Shown: positions 54,055 to 64,000 of the stretch, piece by piece | Position numbering within the stretch: the stretch's first letter is position 1 | How the letters are laid out: each line of letters opens with the position of its first letter | NCBI GenBank assembly: GCA_951406725.2 | Contig: OX597824.1 | Location: 85,498,001 to 85,562,000 of the forward strand | Length of the DNA: 64,000 bases | Source of the DNA: Octopus vulgaris | Lineage: Eukaryota | Reading direction: 5' to 3' | Made by a program: the position numbers and the translations under genes | The notes under the pieces: generated by a model | Told to the model about the DNA's origin: nothing | The model's database searches: none | What the model saw: the letters and a program-made list of their open reading frames with translations, nothing else

Positions 54055-54680
54055 TAAGTCTATGAACTATATTTAGAATACAGGACAATAAAATGGACTT
54101 TATACATAATTATTATGGATTGCTACAGAAGAATTACCAAGGAGGTATATACGAAGTTCAAGATTCTCATACTAAAGTGTACTTACCAAAATCAAAAGCA
54201 GTAATTTTTAATTTATATTTCAAAAAAACACCGTTTTCCCATATTACTTCATAATTTAAAAAAAAAACTACCATTCGATAAATTATACAAATTTCACATT
54301 TGATAATACTGAACAGAAGCAGAGTTATTTATAAATGCTTATCAATATAGAATTCCATAAATTCTATATTATCTAAGTCTATGAACTATATTTGGAATAC
54401 AAGACAATATAATGGATTTTACACATAACTATTATGGATTATTACAGAAGACTAACCAAGGGAGTATATATAGATTTAAAGACTCTCATACTAAAGTGTA
54501 CTTACCAAAATCAAAAGCAGTAATTTTTAATTTTTGATTTATATTTCAAACAAGCACAATTTTATAGTATTACTTCAAATTTAAAAAACTACCATTCGAT
54601 AAATTATACAAATTTCACATTTGATATCTCTGAAGAGCAGAAGAGTTGTCAATAAATGCTTATCAATATTGGATTTCATT
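54055..54680. repeat. Diverged tandem duplication, period about 319 bp
   Basis: taagtctatgaactatattt at 54055 and 54374. The two copies are collinear throughout. Confidence 0.85.
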
Positions 54681-54975
54681 ATAGGGACAGCACTTTTGTG
54701 AAACGATCGTAAGATGCTTTAAAAACTTAATTCAAATCTTTTAAACTGTCATATATATTATATATTTATACATATTTACATATATTTATATATATTTATA
54801 TCTTTAATACAACAATTATTTTGAACATGTATATATCTTTCTGAAGAATTTTCTAATATTGATTGCCTTATATCAATAATAATATAGTATAAAATATATA
54901 TGTATATATATATATATATATATATACATACAGATATATATACATACACACACACAGACACACACACACACTTAT

Positions 54976-55014
<39 letters not shown>

Positions 55015-55017
<3 letters not shown>

Positions 55018-55215
55018 GAGCTGGCGAAATTGATATCACGCTGGGCAAGATGCTTAGCGGCAATTCATCTGGCTTTACGTTTTGAGTTCAAATTCTGCCT
55101 TGGCCCACTTTGCCTTTCGGGGTCGATAAAATAGGTACCAGTTAAACACTGGGGTCGATGTAATCGATTTACCCCCTCCCCGAAATTGCTGTCCTTGTGC
55201 TAAAATTTTAAATTA
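55015..55215 (+). mobile_element. SINE family C, diverged
   Basis: gagctggcgaaa...gagttcaaattctgcc...ggggtcgataaaataggtacc. Confidence 0.75.
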
Positions 55216-55277
55216 ATATTTATTTATATATATACGTGTGTGTGTATGTGTGTGAGTGTGTTAGTCTGTGTGTGTAT

Positions 55278-55322
<45 letters not shown>

Positions 55323-55511
55323 GGTAAGATATTTCCAGAGAAACACTCAACCCAAATTCTGGGCTATCAACACTGTCGGATTCGAGACTAATACCGAAAC
55401 TCTTCAAGTGTGGGTGGGGCGAAGAGTCAATTATAATCCAAATAATAAGACAAATCCTTTAACACACTTTCAATGATTCGTAAAGATGTGTTATGGATAG
55501 TTAGAGATGGA

Positions 55512-55903
55512 TGGAAGCACTCCGTCGGTTACGACGACGAGGGTTCCGGTTGATCCGAATCAACGAAACAGCCTGTTCGTGAAATTAACGTGTAAGTGGC
55601 TGAGCACTCCACAGACACGTGTACCCTTAACATAGTTCTCGGGGATATTCAGCGTGACACAGAGAGTGACAAGGCTGTCCCTTTGAAATACAGGTACAAC
55701 AGAAACAGGAAGTAAGAGTGAGAGTGAGAGAAAGTTGTGGTGAAAGAGTACAGCAGGGATCACCACCATCCCCTGCCGGAGCCTCGTGGAGCTTTTAGGT
55801 GTTTTCGCTCAATAAACACTCACAACGCCCGGTCTGGGAATCGAAACCGCGATCCTATGACCGCGAGTCCGCTGCCCTAACCACTGGGCCATTGCGCCTC
55901 CAC
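55512..55903 (-). mobile_element. SINE family A with tail X, full length
   Basis: Reverse complement of 21940-22327 with few differences. Confidence 0.92.
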
Positions 55904-57084
55904 TAAGTTTGATATACATACTTACATACGTGTATATATTTACACACACACTTAAAATCATTATTTCTTATGCATTCAAATACCCACACACAAAGGCGCG
56001 CGCACAACGCACATGTATTAAATGTTCCAACTGAACTACGCTGTAGGTAAACGAGCATCCAAATGCATTTATATATGTTTGTTTGTCTGTGTATGAGTAC
56101 ATGTGCGACGTTAAAAACAAAACAAAGAGAAAACGGACAAACCTCCCCTCAACTCATTATATAATTATTACACACAGAAACGTGCACACTTATCTACATT
56201 ACGCACGGCTTCCGTGTTATTGTGCATAGAACAAAGCATTGTGTAGATCAGCCTGTAGGTCAGTGTGTTACGTAAGGCCAGACGTAATCGTGTTCGTTAA
56301 TTGAAAGGAAAAAAAAAGAGCGTTGAGGAATAGTTGTGAGAAAGTTATTGACAACTGGTGAAACCGTTGACTAAGAAGTGACAGAGACGTCTTTTGTTGT
56401 TCTTTTTTTTTTATTCTTTTTCTAATATCTTCTTAAGATGGACGTTGAGAATGCAGTGGCAGGTGATTGGGGGTGAGTTGGGGGGTGCTATGATGTAAAA
56501 GAATGTTTTAAAATATTTAAGTAGAAGTGACAAGTAGAATATAGTGTTAAGTATTTTAGAAGCGGAGTGTTGATTACAGGAAACAGTTTGTAATAGAAAA
56601 CCATTCTTTCTTTCTTCCTTTCTTTATTTACTGTTATGAAAGTATATATCATATATTCCCTATTATACCACTGTTGGTATTGATGTTGTGGTTGTTGTTT
56701 AAACTTAGGTCAGCCCCGATGAAGCAAACACAAGATCAGGGAGCATACTTTCCGTGACCATCCCTCCTTTTTGTAAATCCAGTGTGATATTATCCTACGA
56801 GTAACTCCATTTTTTTTTAAGACATTACGATGTGTTTTGAGATTTGATGGAGATTTGGCTACTGTTTCTAGCTAATCGAAGAAACGCGTAACAGCTCCTT
56901 TTGTTGTAATCGTCAGCGTCACATACGTTGATGATCCTTCAACTGTCACCAATTTGTGAATAACATAAATTATTAGTCATTTCCTTAGAGCTTTCCTTAG
57001 TGCTTCACGAGAGGAAAAGATATATAGTGCGCATATAAGCCTCCATCTGTTTTAGAAAATAACGCTGCTAATATACTATGGGTC

Positions 57085-57669
57085 CAAGGCGTCGAGTTGG
57101 CAGAAACATTAGCACACTGGGCAAAGTGCTTAGCGGTATATCGTTTGTCTTTACATTCTGAGATCAAATTCCGTCGAGGTCGACTTTGTCTTTCATCCTT
57201 TCGGGGTCGATAAATTGGGTACCAGTTACGTACTAGGGTCGATATAATTGACTTAATCCGTTTGTCTGTCCTTGTTTGTTCCCTCTGTGTTTAACCTCTT
57301 GTGGGTAGTAAAGAAATAGGTATTTGGTCTGCCGTTACGTTCTGAGTTCAAATTCCACCGAGGTCGACTTTGTCCTTCATCCTTTCGAGGTCGATAAATT
57401 GAGTACCAGTTGCGTACTAGGGTCGATATAATTGACTTGATCCGTTTGTCTGTCCTTGTTTGTCCCCTCTGTGTTTAACCTCTTATGGGTAGTAAAGAAA
57501 TAGGTATTTGGTGTACCGTTACGTTCTGAGTTCAAATTCCGCCGAGGTCGACTTTGTCTTTCATCCTTTCGGGGTCGATAAATTAGATACTAGTTGCGTA
57601 CTGGGGTCGATCTAATCGGCTGGCTCCCGCCCCCTAAAAATTTCGAGCCTTGTGCCTAGAGTAGAAAAA
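57085..57669 (+). mobile_element. SINE family C trimer (one head, three bodies, period 184 bp)
   Basis: ttctgag at 57156, 57340 and 57524. A single 15-bp TSD aatatactatgggtc at 57070-57084 and 57670-57684. Confidence 0.9.
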
Positions 57670-57824
57670 AATATACTATGGGTCTTTAAATTGCAGGTAG
57701 GCCATCAGATAGCACGCAATAAACCCGACATTATTTTCAATAACGATAGTATATTGTTATTCTCAATAATAGTAGCATACTAAATATCGATTTAGTAACA
57801 CGGAATATTTATAATGGTTTCAAA

Positions 57825-58004
57825 TTTTGATACAAGGCCAGCAATTTTGCAATTACATCGACGCCAATGAACAAGTACTTTTAGCGAACCCGAAAGGATA
57901 AAGGGATAAGTCAAGCTTGGTGAAATTTGAACTCAGAACGTAAGGACAGGCGAAATGCAGCCGAGCATTTTGCTTGGCGTGCTAACTATTGAGCCAGCTC
58001 GCCT
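57825..58004 (-). mobile_element. SINE family C, diverged
   Basis: cccgaaaggataaagg...aatttgaactcagaacgtaa...gccagctcgcc. Confidence 0.75.
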
Positions 58005-58337
58005 CTTTTTCAAATATCTATGATACTGAGCGGAAATGAAGTGAGAAGCTAGATAATTACATCGACTTAGCAGTTGGATTATATATATATATATATATAT
58101 ATATATCGAAAGCACTCACACACACTAGAAAGAAGCTTCTCCTAAGAGGTTAATGGCGTTCTGATAAAGAATTTACAACCTTTTTTTTAGGAGGGGTGGG
58201 GGAAATAATTTTTTTCAAAATATCTTTTTATACTTTGCAAAACTGCATCAAAGCAATTTTCACAAAGACTCGTATGTGTACCGTTGGCGATTTTTTTTCC
58301 CTCAGTCTTCCCTTCTTTGGATCTTTCCTTTTCCTGT

Positions 58338-58372
58338 GTTTCTGACGAAGAGCTCTCCTCGAAACGTTAAAC
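58338..58372 (+). ncRNA. Minimal HHR-like motif in a PLE-LTR-like fragment (about 58270-58470)
   Basis: GTTT-CTGACGA-A-GAG CTCTC CTC-GAAA-CG-TT-AAAC. Stem III has no loop (palindrome AACGTT), so it would need a dimer. Confidence 0.55.
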
Positions 58373-58801
58373 CCCTTCTTTCTTGAGCGTCCAATAATAC
58401 TATACTTGTTCCACGTCCTCGCGTTGTTGTGTTTTCTCTTTGTCTTTTCATGTTTGGATTAACTTTATATATATACACACACATATTAAAGTAATGCTCG
58501 TAAATGAACCAACACCAGTTGTGAAGCAGTGATGAGGGAGAAACACAGACACAAAGACACACGCATACACTTACATATAGACATATATATACGAGAGATT
58601 TTTTTCAGTTTCTGTCTACCAAATCCACTCACAAAACTTTGGTTGACCTGGACACATGCTAAGTTACCACACAGTGGAACTGAACTCTAGACCATGTGCT
58701 TTGGGGCTAAGTTTCTTACCACACAGCTACACTTGCACCTACATATATGTGTGTATATATATATACATATATATATGTATGTATATAAGTATATATGTAT
58801 A

Positions 58802-59192
58802 TCCCTATATATATAAAGCTGAAGTTGTCTATGTATGGCAGGTTTGGTAGCCTTCAACTAACACTATCTCCTCCGAGACTCTGCGGCGCAAGTTGACCAA
58901 AATTGACAGTATGATAGAAGAAGGCTTGCTCTTCCTTCCGTAGAAGAAAAATTCAAATTGGACCATGTTAACACCAAAAACTATTTACATCAGAAAGGTG
59001 CTTTCTTTCTATGAAAATCCCTATTTTTTACGATTTTTTGACTGCTGTGTCGCAATTTTTCGGAGTATTTCAACCAGAAAAATGTTCACTTAAAGAGAAT
59101 AACAAACTATATAATGCGAAATTTATACGTTTCAAAAATTCCAATTCTAAAGGGTCGAAACAAACCCGAGCAACGCCGGGCGATACTGCTGG
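58802..59192 (+). mobile_element. Non-autonomous Helitron-like element
   Basis: A|TC start. Subterminal hairpin cccgagcaacgccggg. CTGG|T (CTRR) end. Confidence 0.7.
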
Positions 59193-59377
59193 TATGTGTA
59201 TAAAGATATATGTATGCATATATATATATATATATGTGTGTATATATATGTGTACATATTGCACATGCATCTATATATATACATATATACACATACATAT
59301 ATACATATATAAACATGTAAATCTATATATACATTTATACATCTATCTATCTATCTATCTTTCTATCTAATCTATAC

Positions 59378-59463
<86 letters not shown>

Positions 59464-59721
59464 ACATATATATGTATTTATAACACCAAGTAAGTTAGGG
59501 GTTGTGGATCCAACTTACTAAGAGATAATGCTTATCCAATATACTGTTGGTATAATACCCAAATTATTAATACACAAGTGTTTTAATTGCAATACAATTA
59601 ACTTACTTATTGTATTAAATGGGTGAAGGTAAAGAAATATTTTACCATTAATTTATAATACAAATAAGAAAATGGAGAAACAATTTAGTTGGTTTATCAG
59701 CTTTAGGATATTAGAATGTTG

Positions 59722-60052
59722 ATCGACCCCGGGACTTATTCTTTGTAAGCCCAGTACTTATTCTGTCGGTCTCTTTTGCCGAACCGCTAAGTGACGGGAA
59801 CGTAAACACACCAGCATCGGTTGTCAAACAATGCTAGGGGGACAAACACAGGCACACAAACACACACACGCATACACACATATACACATATATACATATA
59901 TACGACAGGCTTCTTTCAGTTTCCGTCTACCAAATCCACTCACAAGGCATTGGTCGGCCCGGGGCTATAGCAGAAGACACTTGCCCAAGATGCCACGCAG
60001 TGGGACTGAACCCGGAACCATGTGGTTGGTAAGCAAGCTACTTACCACACAA

Positions 60053-60054
<2 letters not shown>
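59722..60054 (-). mobile_element. SINE family D, 3'-truncated
   Basis: Matches 48595-48925. Confidence 0.88.
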
Positions 60055-60094
<40 letters not shown>

Positions 60095-60249
60095 ATATAA
60101 TATAATATAATACATGTGAGATATAAATGAGATAATAGTTTCACTTTAATAGTTTCAGTATTAATAGTGAAAATGTTAAACTGAAAGTATCTCACATTAC
60201 AACAGGGAGATGTTCTTGTTTCACTTTTGGCACATAATACTAAAATAGT

Positions 60250-60436
60250 GTAAGAGATAAGAGATTACTCTGGGCTCGCATTAGGCAAGAAGTTGAAAAT
60301 TTTCCCGCCAAGGACACTGCATGGCCCCTAAGTAAGACGTGTGAAATTTGAATGAAATCGATTGTGTAGTTCTCGAGGTTTAGGGATTCACACAGACAGA
60401 CAGACAGACACACATTCTCATCATTATATATATAGA
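60250..60436 (-). mobile_element. Helitron-like 5' fragment
   Basis: Reverse complement starts A|TCTATATATATAATGATGAGAATGTGTG(TCTG)n...cgatttcattcaaatttcacac. Confidence 0.55.
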
Positions 60437-61812
60437 TAATATGTATATATATATAAATATATATATATATACACACACATTATGTATAATATAAAATACA
60501 TATGTGTATATATATAGTATATATATATATAAACTTTCACTAGGGTAACAGAGTGAGTTAAAGAAAGGTGTGTAAAAGATCATTTATTTGAAAAGCATAC
60601 TTTTCTGTTAGTAATTCTGATTTTTTCTTAACCCTGTGGACGGATAAAATTTTGGTTTATACATAAGCCAATGCCTCCTTCAATTGATTTCTCGGAAACA
60701 TGGAGAAAGCTCCCACGCTGTGCCTTTCATGAAGTAGAGATGCATAAGCATTTTCCTTCGTTTTCTCTTGAATTAGTTTTTCAGGTAAGGAGGCAAGATC
60801 TGTGGTAACACAGTTCTGCCACAAGACCTTTTCAGACGGAAAACTGCATCAACATTTCCTTGTTGCTTTTAAAGTAAGGGATGCAAAAGAAATTGTTTTT
60901 TTTTACCGTCAGGATTTTGGCTGATGCTTGTACCTGTTATATTGCGATTGGCATTTGTTGGTGAAAATATTTATTATTCTTGTGTATTTTAAAAGTACAA
61001 ATCTATGTTATTTATATGACTTTTGTTTCTCTATTTACCTTGGCGTAATTTTGGGGGCGTGTAATGTTACCATTTCTAAACTGACTTACGGCAGAAAAAC
61101 ATCTTTTAGGTGAATTAATTCTTTATTTTCCTTTCTTCATACGAAAAATAAAAATGCCAGTAATAAGAGCTTATATTTCAAAACAGAGTTCACGTTAAGA
61201 TAATCTGTTCAACTTAGCATGAAATCACGCGAGCAACTCGAAGCACGTCATGGGGAGGCAAACAAGAAGAAGAAGAATCTCTATTATAGGCTCAATGCCA
61301 TAAGTCTGAAAAGGTAACAGTCGACTAAACTGAGCCCCGTACATTACTTGTACTTTTTAAAAATTCTAAGGATTTGAAGTCGATAAGCCTAGATACGTAA
61401 ATATGTCTAGCAATACATTTTCACTAACTGTTTCCCGATTATGCCATGCACCGCATGAAGGTCATGATGATGATGATGATGATGATGATGAGGAGGAGGA
61501 GGAGGAGGAGGAGAAAAAGGGGAAGGTGGATGAAGAACGGGAGAAGGCGGCAGAGAAGAATTCCTTAAGCTGGTGCTTTACTATAAATTTTAGATGTTTG
61601 TAATTGATGGAATTGAATCTTATTCTTGCTTTATTATTGATTTTATCGACGGTAGAAGGACTGAATGCAAAATCAATCCCGGTAGAAAATGGACTCAGAA
61701 CGTTAAAGATGAGATTATATAGTGAAAGAAATCTAGCTGTGATGTGGTCTATATGGGGTACACCTATTGTTGTTGCTTCATACATACATACAAGCATATA
61801 TATATATTCTTT

Positions 61813-61847
<35 letters not shown>

Positions 61848-61849
<2 letters not shown>

Positions 61850-62050
61850 TCTTTACTACCAACAAGGGGCTAAACACAGAGGGGACAAACAAGGACAGAC
61901 AAACGAATTAAGTCGATTACATCGACCCCAGTGCGTAACTGGTACTTAATTTATCGACCCCGAAAGGATGAAAGGCAAAGTCGACCTCGGCGGAATTTGA
62001 ACTCAGAACGTAACGGCAGACGAAATACCGCTAAGTATTTCGCCCGGCGT
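61848..62050 (-). mobile_element. SINE family C lacking about 25 nt of its head
   Basis: Reverse complement of 9088-9283. Confidence 0.88.
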
Positions 62051-62052
62051 GG

Positions 62053-62506
62053 CGAAAAGTCACTGATATCGAAAAGGTGTAAACAGGCAATAATAAATCT
62101 CAGAGCGAGGCATAAACAGTAGCTGCACGACATCGTGATGTATATTTTCCACTTAAATCTGGCTAACCCCTAAGGGTGGATGCTACTGTAGCTTGTAGCC
62201 CCAGGAGGACATCTCCTCCAGCTGGCTATTGACACACTTTCTGTGCTCTATCAGTATTTGCAAAGGGGAGTCATCCTTCCCGTTTTCAATCAATGATACA
62301 TACGGACTCGAGTTTCTGGATATTGACCCGTCATCGGCGTGTGACAATCAGCGGTTGTCGATGAAAAGTAGGCCTCCCTCTGCAAACATATATCCTTTTT
62401 CCAGTGACGAAAAGTCACTGATATCTAAAAGGTGTAAACAGGCAATAATAAATCTCTGAGTGAGGTATAAACAGTAGCTGCACGACATCGTGAAGTATAC
62501 TTACCA
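62053..62506 (-). mobile_element. Second subfamily of the 353/355-nt retrozyme-like element (about 1.28 monomers)
   Basis: cgaaaagtcactgatatc at 62053 and 62408 (period 355). Collinear with 49241-49680 (ggctaacccctaagggtggatgctactgtag is identical). Confidence 0.85.
62299..62343 (-). ncRNA. Hammerhead ribozyme variant
   Basis: Minus strand: CACACG-CCGATGA-CGGGT CAAT ATCCA-GAAA-CTCGAG-TC-CGTATG. U4>C in the core, one stem I mismatch and one stem II mismatch. Confidence 0.7.
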
Positions 62507-62529
62507 TATATATATATATATATATATAT

Positions 62530-62665
62530 CACCGTGATCACCGTGACCGACCAGGCTATCAGATGTTGCTACACATCGCTGGTCACAATGCGCTTTGCAT
62601 TGTTTTAGCCTTCAAGTGACGCCAATAGAAAAAAGAGTGAGAGAAAGTTATGACGAAAGAGTACA
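62530..62665 (-). mobile_element. SINE family A body fragment with another tail (W)
   Basis: Reverse complement gtactctttcgtcataactttctctcactctt (A body), then a unique tail ending (tcacggtga)2. Confidence 0.6.
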
Positions 62666-63269
62666 CTTATAAACTACGTATCCACTACGTTCACTATTAC
62701 TTTTCTCGGATTTTACTGTTTAGATTGTCCAAAATGTCATAATTTAAAATACTAGAATATGATTTCAGACAGATTTGGCTGCTGTGTCTAACAGGAACGA
62801 TTACATACAGACTCCGATGTTGGAAGCAGTTAAAAATGGAATGGTAGACAATTCTTGTATTTCACAATAATTTCATTTCAGTAACTAAGCCATTGTAGTT
62901 CCGCAGTTTCTCAATTTCGATCTGCAAGATGAAGCTATAAAAAGAAAAGACACCGTTGCGGCTTTCGAACGATGAAATGATGTAAGGTGTTTTGTGAGTT
63001 CCTGGGTTACGAGTGCATAAACCAAACTTTTTCAATTAAATTGCAGAGTATTTTGCCATTTTATATCAGCAAACTTAAAACACCTTGAAAAAAAGAAAGA
63101 TGATTTATCAGGTCATTCCATAAATAATTTTAAAATACCTATTTTAAAATAACAACAGAACATATTAACTTAACCTTGTGTAGTTATCAAACAATAATTT
63201 ATGTTGTTGCAATATGTCTTAGCCAATTCAGAAACTGTTTTGTCCTTCTTAAGTAAGAACTGTCCACAG

Positions 63270-64000
63270 TGTATTGAAGACATATCATGCTTTAGGAGTT
63301 CAGAAAAAAGAAATAATGCAGCAGGAGTAAACCGAGATATTCATGGTGCTTATAGAAAGTATTGCTTAAACGAAAGAAACTGTAGACAGGAGTGTGATTC
63401 CATATTAAATGATGCTCTCCGAGCATGCCGTCTTGCTTAGTTTTTTTTTTTTTTTTTATCAGAACCCAATCGAAATAGAAATGTTACGATTGAAGAATTG
63501 ATTCAGAAGCTGAATTTAATCCAATCAACTGGAGTGTAACCAAAAGTTGAAAGTTGGAAGTAACCAAAAGTTGAAAAATGGGTCTCCCATAATTTTTTTT
63601 TTATCAGAACCCAATCGAAATAGAAATGTTACGATTGAAGAATTGATTCAGAAGCTGAATTTAATCCAATCAACTGGAGTGACTTGGAAGTAACCAAAAG
63701 TTGAAAAATGGGTCTCCCATAATTTTACACAAAACAACCGTGCAGCGTGTGTGAACAACTGCACTTCTCTACGCTGATGTGAATACATATCACCATTTTT
63801 AAATAGATAGGTGACTGGTGATGGAAAAAGGATAGTTTATAAGAATGTTAAGCAATGCAGAAAATGGTTTATTGAAGACGAACTGGCTAAACAACAGTCC
63901 AAAAGAGACCGTCTCAGAAAAATATTGGGGATTGTTTGATGGGACTATACAGGCGTGTTCCACTTTGAGTTGCAACAGACATTTCTACCGGTAGTTACAA
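63270..64000 (+). pseudogene. mariner (DD34D) transposase remnant with an internal duplication of about 147 bp
   Basis: Hand translation gives RHIML, NNAA...DIHGAY...LNER.CR, KWVSHNFT (WVPHEL-like), PFLNR*VTGDGKRIVYKN and WDYTGVFHFEL. Many stops. About 63450-63595 is repeated at about 63597-63727. Confidence 0.85.

Noticed and set aside
57150-57610. CRISPR-like regular repeats (also 10715-10865)
   Set aside because: No unique spacers and no cas genes. Eukaryotic SINE and minisatellite repeats.

Overview
AT-rich, microsatellite-dense eukaryotic (metazoan) non-coding DNA. The SINE sequences look like those I recall from octopus/cephalopod genomes (inference, unchecked). I could not support any intact host protein-coding gene, and almost all listed ORFs are artefacts of (TA)n, (CA)n, (TATG)n or (GAA)n repeats. 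The window is a mosaic of tRNA-derived SINEs (4 heads with shuffled tails), a decayed Penelope-like element (PLE; RT motifs on the minus strand at about 16.6-17.9 kb with an inverted LTR), Tc1 and mariner transposase remnants, Helitron-like elements and MITEs. The most notable signal is a set of type I hammerhead ribozymes (HHRs) in short non-coding, tandemly repeated units. (1) A 353-355 nt unit at three loci (49.2-50.1 kb, 62.05-62.5 kb, 28.9-29.1 kb), present as circularly permuted copies of more than one monomer, with conserved hairpins. (2) A 493 nt tandem unit (14.9-16.0 kb) whose HHR has an unusually long stem II. (3) Several degenerate HHRs in PLE-LTR-like fragments. This fits non-LTR retrozyme / circular-RNA retroelements that may be mobilised by PLE reverse transcriptase into microsatellites. 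All folds were read by eye, not computed.
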